In this document: one piece after another, positions 25,622-38,590 of the stretch
Layout of the letters: every line of letters starts with the position of its first letter
Position numbering within the stretch: the first letter of the stretch is position 1
From: Elsinoe ampelina
Lineage: Eukaryota
Reading direction: 5' to 3'
NCBI GenBank assembly: GCA_010093995.1
Contig: ML992511.1
Location: 566,745-630,744 of the forward strand
Length of the DNA stretch: 64,000 bases
Translations under genes and position numbers: made by a program
Notes under the pieces: model-generated
Told to the model about the DNA's origin: nothing
Seen by the model: only the letters and a program-made list of their open reading frames with translations
The model's database searches: none

Positions 25622-27225
25622 ATGGCAGACGATATCAAGCGCGTCTCCGACGTCCCGCATGGTGACAAGGAGCCACAACAACAATATGTCGAAACCGAGC
25701 AAGTTGCTCGTCCATTCAATGCGGCTTCCAGCATGACTCCCGAACGCCGCGCAGCTGTCGAGAAATCTATGAAGCGCAAGCTGGACCTGCGATGCTCCCT
25801 CTTCGTCTTGATCTACATCATGAACTACCTGGACCGAAACAACATCGCCGCCGCCCGTCTGCGGGGTCTTCAGACTGACCTCAACCTGAACGACACACAA
25901 TACGCTACCTGCTTGAGTATTCTGTACGTGGGGTACATTCTCATGCAGGTCCCGTCCAACATGATGATCAATCGCATCTCCAGGCCTTCTTGGTACATCG
26001 CTGGCGCAATTCTGCTCTGGGGTATGATCTCCACTTTGAGTGGCAATGTCAACAACTTCAGCGGCATGGTAGCTGTGCGATTTTTTCTTGGCTTTGTCGA
26101 AGCGGCATTCTTGCCGGGAGCGTTGCTTATACAGTCGAAGTAAGTTTTTCAATCATGAGACTATAGCAAATGTTGTGGCAAATACTGACTTGCTATCACA
26201 GATGGTACACCCGCAAGGAGCTCACGCTGAGGAACGCTATCCTTTTCTGCGGTAACCTCATCTCGAACGCCTTCTCCGCCCTGGTAGCCGCCGGTGTGCT
26301 CTCCAATATGCAAGGCGTCCTGGGACACGCTGCATGGCGCTGGCTTTTCTGGATCGAGGGAGCGTTCACCATGTTCCTTGGTATCGTCGCCGCCTTTGTC
26401 TTACCAGATTTGCCTTCGAACTCGAGAGGGTTCACCGAAGAGGAGCTCCAGGTCGCGCAACTGCGCATGATCGAGGATGTTGGCGAGGCAGATGTCGACT
26501 CTGAAGACCAAAAGCCCTTTGATGGTCTGATCATGTGTCTCAAGGACTCGAAAGTCTACATCATGATGTTCACATTCACCGCCTATGTGGTCGGTTTGTC
26601 TTTCAACGCCTTCTTTCCGACGCTCACTGGCACGCTCGGCTTCTCATACGTCCCTACTCTGCTTATGAGCGCTCCTCCATGGGCGTTCAGCTGTATCATC
26701 TCTCTCCTGGTATCATGGCACGCCGACAGAACGCAAGAGAAGTTCTTCCACATCATCGGTCCAGTCTGCATCGGCATCCTCGGCTTTGTCATTTCAATGT
26801 CGACTCTCAATGTTGCTGGTCGTTACATTGCTCTGTTCCTGCAAGCCTCCGCCTACGCTGGTTTCATCGTCTTCTACTCCTGGATCTCATCCTCCTTCCC
26901 TCGTCCTCCCGCCAAGCGTGCTGTCGCCATCGCGCTCATCAATGCCTTCTCTCAACTCGGTAACGTTGCAGGATCCTACGTATGGGGTCTCAAGGAGAAT
27001 GGGTACAGGAAGAGTTACGGCATTGTCTTGTCCATGTTCGGCGTCACCATCGTTGGTTGCTACGCTTTCAGGGTCGTGCTTTCAAACCTCAACAAGAAGC
27101 TTGAGAAAGGCGAGGAGGCTTGGGACAGCAAGCCGGATGTCGTTGGCCACACTACTGATGTGGAGATCATGGACAATGCCGATGAAGCTCTCAGGATGAA
27201 GAAGGGTTTCAGATATTTGGTGTAG
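25622..27225 (+). CDS. MFS transporter, anion:cation symporter (Dal5/Tna1-like) family, 2 exons
   Basis: It has NYLDRNNIAAARL, RFFLGFVEAAFLPG, WYTRKEL and WRWLFWIEG motifs, with an intron at ~26140-26201. Confidence 0.93.
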
Positions 27226-27630
27226 ATAGCATGTTTCCAGTCAAGGAATTGGCAATGAAGGGAATATTACAACACATGCCAGTATCGACTTTCCTATTTG
27301 CTCCGACCTTCTATTGTAATGTTTGTAAGAAAACAAGCACTGGTAGTTTAGGCGTGCTCAAAGAGACTCTCTGATGATCGGCGGCGACGCTTCCCAAAGC
27401 GGATGCAGGCGGCGGCTGAGGTTTGTGCCCCTCGTCGTCTCTGAAAAAAGATGCCCGCAAACCACAAGCTTTGTCGTATATATTGTTCAAGCAATTGACT
27501 CTGCGACATTGTTGCTAGTCCTTCGACTCGCAGGCATTCGGCGAGAGGATATAGCAGATCCACCAACGTCCCTCAAGACTATGGTCTGGTCGTAGGACAT
27601 CATCGCGCACCCACCTCATCTTCAACCACG

Positions 27631-30497
27631 ATGGATTGGCGACCAGATCCAGCTGGGCTGGAGCAGCTCACCGTCCTCTTAGCTGCTACCCTGGACGCCA
27701 AAAACAAAGCGAAGCAGAAGAATGCTGAGCTGGTACGTAGGTCCCGCGCATCTCCCAGACACTGTTAACCAGATTTCAGGCACTCAAGCAAAGCGCGCAA
27801 ACCCCCGATATCACCAACTACCTCACTGCGCTTACCGTGACCCCTGTCGCTGCAAATGGACTCTCAGAGACCGACTGTACCGCCGCAAGGAGCGCGGCAG
27901 GCTTGATGCTCAAGAACCACATCAAGATATTCTGGAAGTCATTGACGGAGGGTAACAAAGCATACCTAAAAGGGCACATCCTTGCTGGCTTGCAAGACCG
28001 CAACACGTCAATACGAGCATACACTGGACTGGTCATTACTGAAGTTGTCAGGCAGGGCGGCATTCTGGATTGGACAGAAGTCTTGTCCAGCCTAGTATCT
28101 CTCATAGAAGGTAGCAATGGGCCTACTTCGCCAGAGACTCAGGACGGAGCGATGGGAGCACTTCTCAGGATCTGCGAGGACAACAAAAGAGCACTGAACA
28201 AGGCATACAACGGTGAGCGACCTCTGGACGTACTCGTACCGAAGCTTGTGGACTTTTCCAACCACGACAATCCGAAGGTACGATGGCAGGCTCTCGCAAC
28301 CTTGAACTCCTTCTTGGTAGATCATCCCCCGGATGCGGTTCAGGTCAATGCTGAGAACATCCTGAACAATCTCTTCCATCGTGCAAATGATCAGCACGAA
28401 GAGGTGCGCCGCTATGTCTGCAGACTATTCACCTCCCTGGCTGGCCACTTCCCTGCACTCGTCATACCGAACTTCGGAGGCATCGTCAACTACATCTGCG
28501 AACAACAACGTCAAGATCCCAACTCGGACCTCGCGCTGGACGCCGCGGAGTTCTTCTTCGAAAACGGAGAGAGACCAGAGCTACACGAAGAATTCGGAAA
28601 GTACTTGCCGAAAATCATTCCTGTACTACTGGAAAGCATGCGGTACGATGAAGAGCATCAGGCTCAGCTTGAAGCGGAAGCCGAAGAAGATGCGGAGCAA
28701 GAGGATCGAGAGCAGGACATCAAGCCTCAATTTGCAGCCTCGAAAGCAGAGAAGGGAAAGGCCGCAGACGGAGGTAGCGCGCCCAACGGATACGCCTATG
28801 AGGATGATGACAGCGAAGGCGAGATTGATGAGGACGATGACGAAGACCCTGAAGAGGAGTGGAACCTCAGAAAGTGCTCCGCAGCTTCTCTAGACTATTT
28901 CGCGGCAAACTTCCATGAAGTCGTCTTCGAATCAGTCCTGCCGTATCTCAAGGACAACCTCGGTCATTCGGCATGGCCGAACAGAGAAGCAGCTGTGCTC
29001 ACACTCGGTGCTATTCAGTCAGGCTGCATGGAAGTGGTCAAGCCCAGTCTTCCTGAACTCGTGCCTTATCTGCTCACCCTCCTCGATGACCCCGTCCCAG
29101 TCGTGAGACAGATCACTTGCTGGACGTTGGGTCGATACTCGGTATGGGCTGCTCACCTGGACGAGGCCCGCAAGAAGCAGTTCTTCGAACCGATGATGGA
29201 AGGGCTTTTGAACCACATGCTAGACAAGAACAAGAAAGTCCAAAAGGGCGCCATATCTGCCTTTGCCAGCCTCGAGGAGTCTGCTGGCACGAATCTGGTA
29301 CCCTACGGTCCGATCATCGCTCAGCAATTCGGAAAGTGCTTTGACAAATACAAGGATCAGAATATCTATCTTCTGTACGATTGTGTTCAGACGCTTTCGG
29401 AGAGCTTGGGGCCGCAAATGGGCAGCCCGGAGATGGTGGATCTGCTGATGCCCAGTCTCGTCAAGCGATGGTCATTAATCGAAGATCAATCACAAGAGAT
29501 ATTCCCTCTCCTCGAATGTCTGGCATATCTGGCATCATCCATGGGTAATGCCTTTTCACCCTTTGCAGAGCCATTCTTCAAGCGGTGTGTCAAGATCATC
29601 AGCGACAATCTAGAAGAGAGCCAGAGGACGTCGAATCGGCCAGCATACGAGCAGCCGGACAAGGACTTTCTTGTCACCAGTCTCGATCTATTGAGCGCCA
29701 TCATCCAAGCCGTTGATTCGCAGCAAAGTAGAAATCTGGTGTCATCGGCAAACACGTTCCAACTCCTGGCGTACTGCATGCAAGACCCAAACAATGATGT
29801 GCGACAGTCGGCATATGCACTTCTTGGAGACGCTGCGATCTATGTCTTCGACGAGTTGAAGCCATATCTCGATTCCATTATGAAGCTTGTATTGCAGCAA
29901 CTGGATCTCAATATACCTCAGCAAGACAAGGCCACAGCATACAGGGTGATCAACAATGCATGCTGGTCGGCAGGAGAAATCGCTATGCGCATCGGCAAGA
30001 GTGACGCATTCAATGTCATGAGCTTGATGGAGATGCTAGGGCACATCCTCTTCAGTACCAAGGTCCCACGATCACTGAACGAGAATGCCGCCACAGCCAT
30101 TGGACGACTGGGGTACAACTATGCCAACGACCTGGCTCCGCATCTGGCTACCTTTGCACCCAAGTTCCTGGAGGCAATGCATCAGGTCGCGTGGACGGAT
30201 GAGAAGCAGCATGCGCTTCAAGGATTTACCAACATGGTTGCCATTCATCCTCAGGGACTGGAGCAGTGTTTGGGGTTGTATCTGGGCGAGATTGCTACGG
30301 GGCTCATGTATAACACGCCACCGCCTAGTAATTTCCAGGAAGTAAGTTTGACATGATCATCTTCACCGCCAGTAAGAGACTAATGAGCGCAGGTCCTCGC
30401 AAAGTATCAGTCCATGATTGGTGACTTCTCAAGTTTCCTAAAGGGACTGCCAGAGCCACAGTACAATGCTCTCCGATCTACCTTCAACATCCAATAG
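27631..30497 (+). CDS. KAP104: Transportin / importin beta-2, 3 exons
   Basis: It has RSAAGLMLKN, the acidic H8 loop (DREQDIKPQF...EEEWNLRKCSAASLD), VRQITCWTLGRY and ENAATAIGRLG. Short first (27631-27732) and last exons flank the long ORF. Confidence 0.95.
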
Positions 30498-31461
30498 TCG
30501 TGCGTACTACAATCAATCCCGACAGCTATCATGCACACGCCACTCAATCTTTGGTATCAGCGCAGGAATATGGAATGGAAGGAAAGGGAAGGCCCGATTG
30601 TTCATCTTTTGACAGCGTATATAGCGTAGCATCTGTCCGGAGTAGCCGGCAGCGACCTTTGATTTTCAGCGATTGCAGAAAGAGTTTGGTGATACCATGA
30701 ACCAGTAAAAGCTTGAGGGACAGCTACATAGAGAGAAATGCCATGATTTGATGACCGACCATCTCTGCTGTTGGTGAGAGTGTAAATTGTCCTGACTGCA
30801 GGGGGATCTATGTATAAGTTACTGTGCCTTGCGCGCATGGTCCTCAACGCAAGGACATGTTTATCTGCACTATATGTCAATAGCCTGATTGACCACGACA
30901 GGCTCATCTGATCTGCCCTGGCTTCAAAAAACCACCTGTGAGACCAGCTTGGCCTAGCAGCCTGCTGTGATGTCAATAGCCACGAGGTTCCGCTTCTGCA
31001 ATTGCGCATCAGAAATCGATCGACCTTCTCCGCCCCGAATCCAGCCCGTTCTTAACGTCTGTCAACGCAACCACCTTTGAACCTCTTACAAGCCCTCAAC
31101 TGTCGGGACGTGCTGAATTGTAATCCTATTCGGGATCACGCTCACGACCGCAGTCTTTCAGCTGGGTACTCGACCCAGAGATCCTCTGGCGGCGTGGTCT
31201 ACGATCGAGGACGGATTGCGCCTCCCCGCCCAGCCCAGGTGCTAGGCTTCTCGGCTTCGTCGCTGCCAGGACACTGCACCAAGGAACTCATTTCTTTCGC
31301 TCAGGAAATTACTGTCACACGACCACCAAGGAGACAGTGGTATCCCAAGGACATTCCCCACTCCACGACCCTATACTGCCGACTCGAGACGATAGCGACG
31401 CACCTTCACCTCCATCCCCCTTCGCCCGGCTGGCAGCTGCGGCACGGCGTCATCGATCAAC

Positions 31462-33239
31462 ATGGCGGCCGACTCACAGCGAAAAATCACCACAAACACA
31501 ATGCAAATCGCATACACATCCCCACAAGAGCCGCCGCAAGTACAACAAGAACAATGGACCATGGCGGGCGGATACGGAGGACACGCGGGACACCGGTACG
31601 AGCGGATACAGCAGGGCCAACGACAGGTAGGGACAAAGGCATTTGACCTCAACTCGACGGGCAAGGGCATCTTGATTGGCATGTTGTCTGCGTTTGGCTC
31701 GGCGGCGATCATAGCGTTGATACTCACCGTGGTGTATTTCTTCCGGTATACCACGCGGGGACGAATATTTCTCGATCGGATAGGGAGGCCGGGGGAGTAT
31801 GATGATGAGCAGGCGTTCCTGAGGGAGGAGGAGGATGCGTTGGAGGAGATGGATGATTTGCAGAGGGCCGAGTATCTGAGGGCCAAAGGTAGGCATGTTG
31901 TTCAGGGAGTCCAAGGGAGATGCTGACGGGAATACAGCGTTTGTTCAAGCGAACCCGCCCGAGTCGTTGCAGACTGATATCTCGCTATCGCAGTTTCTGG
32001 CTATCCAAGAGAAGGGGGTCTCGGCGTGGGAATTCGAGCCGGAGCTGGAGATTGCCAATTGTTTCGTTGAACAGAGGACGGAGATTGAGTTCTTTGATTC
32101 CGAGTGCTGCGTGCAGTCGAACTTGCCGATACCGAAGCAAAATGAGGTGTATTACTGGGAGGCAAAGATATTTGATAAGCCGGAGAGCACGCTGATCAGT
32201 ATTGGCGTGACGACCAAGCCGTACCCGCTGTTCAGATTGCCGGGTATGTGGTCTACTCAGGAGGATGAACGGACACTGACTATACTCAGGATGGCACCGA
32301 TTCTCATTAGCGTACACTTCGACCGGTCAAAGACGATATAATCAGCCCTTTCACGGCACCAACTACGGCCCGATATACGAGCAAGGAGACGTGATAGGTT
32401 GCGGCTATCGACCACGGACCGGCACAATCTTCTTCACTCGGAATGGCAAGAAACTGGAGGATGTTGCACATGGTCTCAAGTCACAGAACTTCTTTCCGAC
32501 GGTCGGCGCAAACGGGCCATGCAACATCCAAGTCAACTTTGGCCAAATGGGTTTTGTATTCATCGAAGCAAATGTGAAGAAATGGGGTCTTGCGCCAATG
32601 ACTGGTTCGTTAGCACCGCCACCGCCGTATGGATCTGAGCAAGGAAGCATACTGCTGGAAGGTGGTCTACCTGGAGTAAGAGAAGGGCAGGCATACCTCG
32701 GGCATCCTCATGGTCATGGCCGCACTGCTAGCGCGCAAATGCGACTTGGACGAGGACCGACATCTCCCGGCCCACAGCGGAGTCCCACCGAGATTTCACT
32801 GGCACAGCTCAGTCTGGTCAATAGTAGAGACGAGAACGCGGGCGAGGGCACGAGCGGAGTGAACACCACGGTCCTCCAGCAGCAGTACGGCATGTATCAA
32901 CAAAACGTGGCTGCGCATGGTGGACAGCAAGCGCCGGTACCACAACGGCAGCGGTCGCAGCAACAACCACAGCCACAGCAACAACAGCAGGGACTAGCGA
33001 TACAAACACACCCCGACGAGGCAGAGAGTCCTCCTCCAGACTACGAAAGTCCAAGCGAGGAAGAAGGCACTCCACGAGCAAGACAGCTCGGCCGCCGACC
33101 CGGACTCGAAGATCCGCCCATCCCGAGCTACGAAGCAGCTGTAGGCGAGGATAGGCGGTACAGCTCGAGTCGAAGCAGGAGCAGAAGCAGAAGCGGCAGT
33201 AGAGACGGGCTAATCCAAGACGAGGAACGAGGACGATGA
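31462..33239 (+). CDS. SSH4: SPRY-domain Rsp5 adaptor Ssh4, 3 exons
   Basis: It has an N-terminal TM helix, IQEKGVSAWEFEP, KPYPLFRLPG and FIEANVKKWGLAPM, plus PPPY/PPDY/PSY motifs. The start codon is uncertain. Confidence 0.9.
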
Positions 33240-33722
33240 GTGCACTGGAGAAAAGTACCATGACTTGACGGATTTCTTTGTACGGTTTACATAGCGATGA
33301 CAGGTTGATATGATGGGAGGGTATATATGTCTCGGTGGTAGGCTGAGTGGCGTTTTGAGCGTTCTTGGGAGGCATTGAGGTGGTGTGTGAGACTGTGTGA
33401 TAGTCGGTGAATGGATATGTTCTCTTGGCGAATTTCGCTTGTCGTCGAGGCGTTGTGTGAGGTGTTGTGTGGTTATTGTGCTGTTTCGGAGTCGTAGGCG
33501 TCATGATTTGACTTTCATGGGACGAAGCTTCAACAACGCATCCCGCCTTTCACTGTCCATGTCTATACACTCGCTACTTGGGCTACATTAAGGTTATTTG
33601 CACTGGTATGGACCGGTAGCATTCACAACACTCTCTATCATTCACATCAAGCTGTACACATGCGCCTATCCCCCTCTCTCCACCGCAGAAATCCCTCATC
33701 CCCAATCCCCGACCTTCCCGAC

Positions 33723-35348
33723 ATGCCCTCCCACGACCGCCCCAAAAAGATCGCCATCATCGGCTCCGGCTGCTCTGGTCTCGGAGCAGCATGGGCACTA
33801 CAGTCAACTCACCACGAAGTTCACCTCTTCGAGAAAGCCGCCAAACTCGGCGGGCACACCAACACGCAGCAATGGAAGTCGCCGATCACAGGACAGATCA
33901 CCCCGGTCGACACGGGTTTCATCGTCATGAACACGGCGACGTATCCGAACTTTATACGATTTTTGGACCATGTGAATGTTACTACGGCGCCGACGCAGAT
34001 GACCTTCGGCGTGTCGAGAGATGCCGGCAGGTTTGAGTGGAGTGGCAACCCGGAGGGGATCTTTGCGCAGAGGAGTAATTTGTTCAGTCCACGGCATTGG
34101 AGGATGATTTTCGATATCGTGAGGTTCAACCAATTCGCGCTGGATCTGCTGCGAGAGGATGATGAGTTGGTGGCAAAGGGGCAGGGGCAGGATGCGGTGA
34201 AAGTCAATGGCTCGTCGGCGGCGCAGCATGCGAAGGCGTACAAGACCATTGGCACGTATCTGCATGAGGAAGGGTATAGTACGGCGTTCAAGGATGATTA
34301 CCTCATCCCCATGACGGCGGCGGTGTGGAGCACGAGTCCTGATAAAGCGAGCCTGGACTTTCCCGCCATCACACTGGTGAGGTTCATGTGGAATCATCAT
34401 CTCCTGACTACGATCGCGGAGAGGCCATTGTGGTTGACCATCCCCGGGGGCTCGCAAAAGTACATCGACGCGATCGTCAAGAGAGCAGACCCCAAGCGAT
34501 TCAAGGTCCACCTCTCCACTCCCATCAACGAAGTCCGCCGCCTCTCCAACGGCAGCACCCAACTCATCTACGCCGCCCCAGCCACTGGTCCTCCTCGCCC
34601 CGAATCCTTCGACCACGTCATCTTCGCCGTCCACGGCGACGAGATCCTCCCCCTCATCACGCCCTCCTCCTCCGCCTCTCCCCTCGAAGAATCCATCCTC
34701 TCCACCTTCCAAACCACCGAAAACACCGCCTACCTACACTCCGACCTCTCCCTCATGCCCCGCCGCCGCCAAGTCTACACAGCCTGGAACTACCTCACCA
34801 CCACCTCCACCTCCCCCTCAGAGTCCGAGCACCCCGCCGGCGTCGCCCTGACCTACTGGATGAACCTCCTCCAACACATCCCGGAATCCAAATTCGGCCC
34901 GGTGCTGGTCACGCTCAACCCGCCACACAAACCCGACCCGGACAAGACGCAGGGCAAGTACAAGTACACCCACCCCCTGTACACGCCCGCCGCGGTGCGC
35001 GCCCAGCGCGACCTCGACGACATCCAGAACCTGAACGGGTTCAGCTACGCGGGCGCCTGGACGAAATACGGCTTCCACGAGGACGGGTTCAGCAGCGGGT
35101 TGAAAGTCGCGGTGGAGCACCTGGGCGCGGAGTTGCCGTTTGAGTTTCGGGATTCGACGTTTAGTCGGGGACATAGGCCGGCGTTGGGGTGGGAGGATCG
35201 GGCGGTGAGGTTTGTGGTGGGGTGGGTGCAGAGGTGGATTTTGTTGGTCGAGTTGGTGTTGGGACTGTGGCCGGTGGCGTGGGTGGTGAGTTTGCTGGGG
35301 GAGACGCATGAGAGGTTGGTGGAGGGGTTGGAGAGGAAGGGGAGGTAG
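33723..35348 (+). CDS. FAD-dependent oxidoreductase (amine oxidase-like, COG2907 type)
   Basis: It has an IAIIGSGCSGLGAAW Rossmann motif, LGGHTNT, VDTGFIVMN...YPNF and GAWTKYGFHEDGFSSG, and ends in a hydrophobic anchor. Confidence 0.88.
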   Translation: MPSHDRPKKIAIIGSGCSGLGAAWALQSTHHEVHLFEKAAKLGGHTNTQQWKSPITGQITPVDTGFIVMNTATYPNFIRFLDHVNVTTAPTQMTFGVSRDAGRFEWSGNPEGIFAQRSNLFSPRHWRMIFDIVRFNQFALDLLREDDELVAKGQGQDAVKVNGSSAAQHAKAYKTIGTYLHEEGYSTAFKDDYLIPMTAAVWSTSPDKASLDFPAITLVRFMWNHHLLTTIAERPLWLTIPGGSQKYIDAIVKRADPKRFKVHLSTPINEVRRLSNGSTQLIYAAPATGPPRPESFDHVIFAVHGDEILPLITPSSSASPLEESILSTFQTTENTAYLHSDLSLMPRRRQVYTAWNYLTTTSTSPSESEHPAGVALTYWMNLLQHIPESKFGPVLVTLNPPHKPDPDKTQGKYKYTHPLYTPAAVRAQRDLDDIQNLNGFSYAGAWTKYGFHEDGFSSGLKVAVEHLGAELPFEFRDSTFSRGHRPALGWEDRAVRFVVGWVQRWILLVELVLGLWPVAWVVSLLGETHERLVEGLERKGR

Positions 35349-35722
35349 GAGGGGGGAGCAGGGGGAGCAGGGGAGGCGGCCGTGCGAAGGAGCAAGGACG
35401 GCGGGGGTGAAGTTGAGAAGGGAACGGGCTTGGGAGTGTAGACTTGACTATATAATCGATTTTGGCTGGTCATTTGGCACGTCCATAGCAGCTTTTGCGT
35501 CGTAGAACTGTGCAACAATCATCTCCCCGTTCACAGAGCACACAATGTCGTGTAAAGTGCCCTCCTCCAACGCGGAGGTCCGTGCGCAGTCGCCCTTTCG
35601 CAGCGCCCCTTGAGCGACGCCAGCTTGATGTCTCTCCTTCTCCACGCCAGACTTCACCGCGCCAAAAAATCTCATCTCTCGCTCTGCAATTCGCACATCT
35701 ACACAGAGGCAGTATACGACCC

Positions 35723-37169
35723 ATGGCTCCCGCAAACTCTGGCGCAATGTACGCCAAGGACGAACGGGCGTTGTGTTTTCACGGCGAACTGCTCTATGAG
35801 GCAAAGGTGCTGGATACGCGTCCTGTGGATCAGAATGATAGGAAGGGACCGTGGCAGTATTTGGTGCATTACAAGGGGTGGAAGAATACGTGAGTCTTTT
35901 TTTGTTTTCTATGGTTTCTATTGTTGTTGTTGTTGGTATTGGTATTGTCATGTGGTACGAGGTGAGGGCGGCTATTGATGGGATGGGGGGCAATGGAGGT
36001 ATTGAGAGCTTCATTCCAAGAGGTGGATGAGCTTCACCTTGGGGAAACTATGCCCCAACTCTTTTATAAAGAGTGCCTCTTCCAGTCAAAAGCTGTCATC
36101 ATTTTCTATCCCTTCATCATGGCTCGCCGCAAGAATCCCCCGTCCCCTCCGATGGGGAAGCAGTCAAGCTCTTCGACTCCATCAGTAGCACCATCTCATC
36201 CACCCGCAAAACGTGCAGCAAAGAGGAAGACTACCACCAAGATCACCAAAAAGACCACGACTCGTACCACGATCAAGATAACAGACGAGACTGACTCGAA
36301 TTCTCACAGGTGGGATGATTGGGTCCCGCAAGATCGACTCCGCAAATTTACAGATGAGAACAGGGAATTGGCCAGAAACCTCGTTCAGGAGATGAGCGCA
36401 CAGCGCAAGTCGACAGCATCGAGAGTCAGCAATGCTGCGAGTATCAAGAAGAAGGCCGCCGGAAGTGACCGCTTGGGAAGCTCTGCAAGGGCGAGTGAGG
36501 AGCTCGCACCAAGCCGAGGCACGAAGCGAGGGAGGGACGGGAAGGAGGTTGAGGGAACTGAGAAGGTAAGATCGAGTCAATCTGCTTTGGCAGAATATGC
36601 TGATCATCGAATAGGAAGAGGACTATCTTCGCCGTCCAGCCATCAAGCTTCACATGCCTGACAGCCTCAAGTCGATACTGGTCGATGACTGGGAGAAGGT
36701 CACAAAGGACCAGAAAATCGTTGCCCTGCCATCAAAGACACCCGTCAACATGTTCCTAGACGACTACGAAGACTTTGAAAAGCAACGCCGTCGTGAAGGG
36801 AGCGCAGACTGGGACATCCTCGAAGAAGTCGTCGCCGGAGTTCGAGAGTACTTCAACAAATCCCTGGGCCGCCTGCTGCTCTACCGCTTCGAACGACCTC
36901 AATGGCAGGACATGCACAGCCGCATCAACAAAGGCACCGGTGAGCTGAGCGGGAAGCAGGTAGCGGATGTTTACGGCGTGGAGCACCTACTTCGCCTCTT
37001 CGTCTCCCTCCCCGACCTCATCGCACACACCAACATGGACTCGCAAGCAGTCTCAAGGCTGAAGGAAGAGCTCTTTAAGATGGTGCAATTCACAAGCCGC
37101 AATATCCCGAAGTACCTGGCGGAAGCTTACGAACATCCCGGCGACCAGTACATCGACTCTGTGCGGTGA
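35723..37169 (+). CDS. EAF3: Chromodomain/MRG protein Eaf3 (NuA4/Rpd3S subunit), 3 exons
   Basis: The chromo barrel [13 protein letters not shown]...[16 protein letters not shown] spans intron 35890-36309. The MRG domain contains LVDDWE, LLYRFER and [11 protein letters not shown]. Confidence 0.95.
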
Positions 37170-38590
37170 ATCGTTTCCGCGAACACGTGGGTGGGCAGCT
37201 GGGCTGGGCTGAGCCGGAGCACTTGGCAACATCGAGACTACAAACCATGGGTGGTCCGCCGGACATACAAGCACTTCTCGATCTCAATGGCTTATTTCAG
37301 CAAGTGGCATGGTTCTTGACCGGCTTCGTCCGGTGAAGAGGGAGCGTTGGACATGCTATCGAGGTCTCGGACGTTGCGAGGGCGTTGTGGAGCATGCCCT
37401 TTGGTGATGGTGGTTGGTCAGCGTCTTGCATTCATTCTGGGACGTCGGGTCATGGCGTGGTGTTCTTGGGAATGCATGGGTCGAGTCTGGCATGGCTAGG
37501 CTGAGATAGAGAGAATGTGGTATCTCATTGCATTGGTATTTTCGAATCTCTATTGCTGATGAGGAAAAAGTGCCTTACCTGTGCTCACCCTGATAGCGTA
37601 GTGATCAGCGACGAAACCTGTCACAGCATTTCAAGCCACACTTTAGCACGCACAACGAGACTACTACCTGCCCAGATACATTTAAGCTACCAGACAAGCA
37701 TGACATGGCAACATTCGACGACCGTTGACGATCGATATGGTGTGAGATGGAGGCTGGACGCCTTGGCGTGAACGGTTCCTGCAACGTTCAGACATTTCCC
37801 CTCCTGACCATTTAGACTCAAATGGGACTGAGGCCATTCTATTCTATTCTATCCTGATCATGGTTGCCATGCTCCTATACTCTCCAGCCTTACGACGGCC
37901 ATGATGATCTGGAGATGAGTCCACTTGCTGCCCATCCCAGGTCCCACGCACGATCACAACCTCCCAGCATCACTTTCCCAGCGGAGAAGCACGAACCCCA
38001 ATCGACATGATCTCAAACATTCTGGCAAACCGATCCTCAGCACCCATACCAACGGCCCTCTTCACCATCCTCATCGTCCCGCCCTCTCCATCACCATCCA
38101 GCCCTCCCCGCCCGTTCTACCTCCCCCAGTCGCCACTTCGCAAGCTCAATAGCAAACCAGATCTCCGTTGCCGCGCCAGCTTCACCGCTGCCAAGCAACT
38201 GCCCGCAACGGGCTTTATGGCTTGTACTTCACCGGTATCACTCGGGGATCATACTGCTATCGCCTTCCCCGTGTAGCTGACATGCTGTTCTGGGACATGT
38301 CCTTTAGGGAGCTCTGTTCTGGAAGCGGTTGCACGGTGCGGGAAAGTGGTGGAGTCGGAGCGGTTGTGCAGTCGTGGTGCAAGTGAATCGATACGTGGTG
38401 TGACTGAGGTAAGTCAGGTTCTGGGAGGGATCTATTTTCTTTTACTTGTCCGGCTTACATTCCCTTGCTCCCACGTGTGAGGTGCTGGCTGAGTATTCCT
38501 CTCGTCTCTTCACCCGTTCTTTGGGCGCGGCTGCTCCACTATACCTCCACTCCACTGTACAGATCATCCCGAGTCACTGCGCTGGAGTCT

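Noticed and set aside
37925..38400. GC-skewed stretch resembling a minus-strand gene relic
   Set aside because: All frames examined have stops and no recognisable protein motif.
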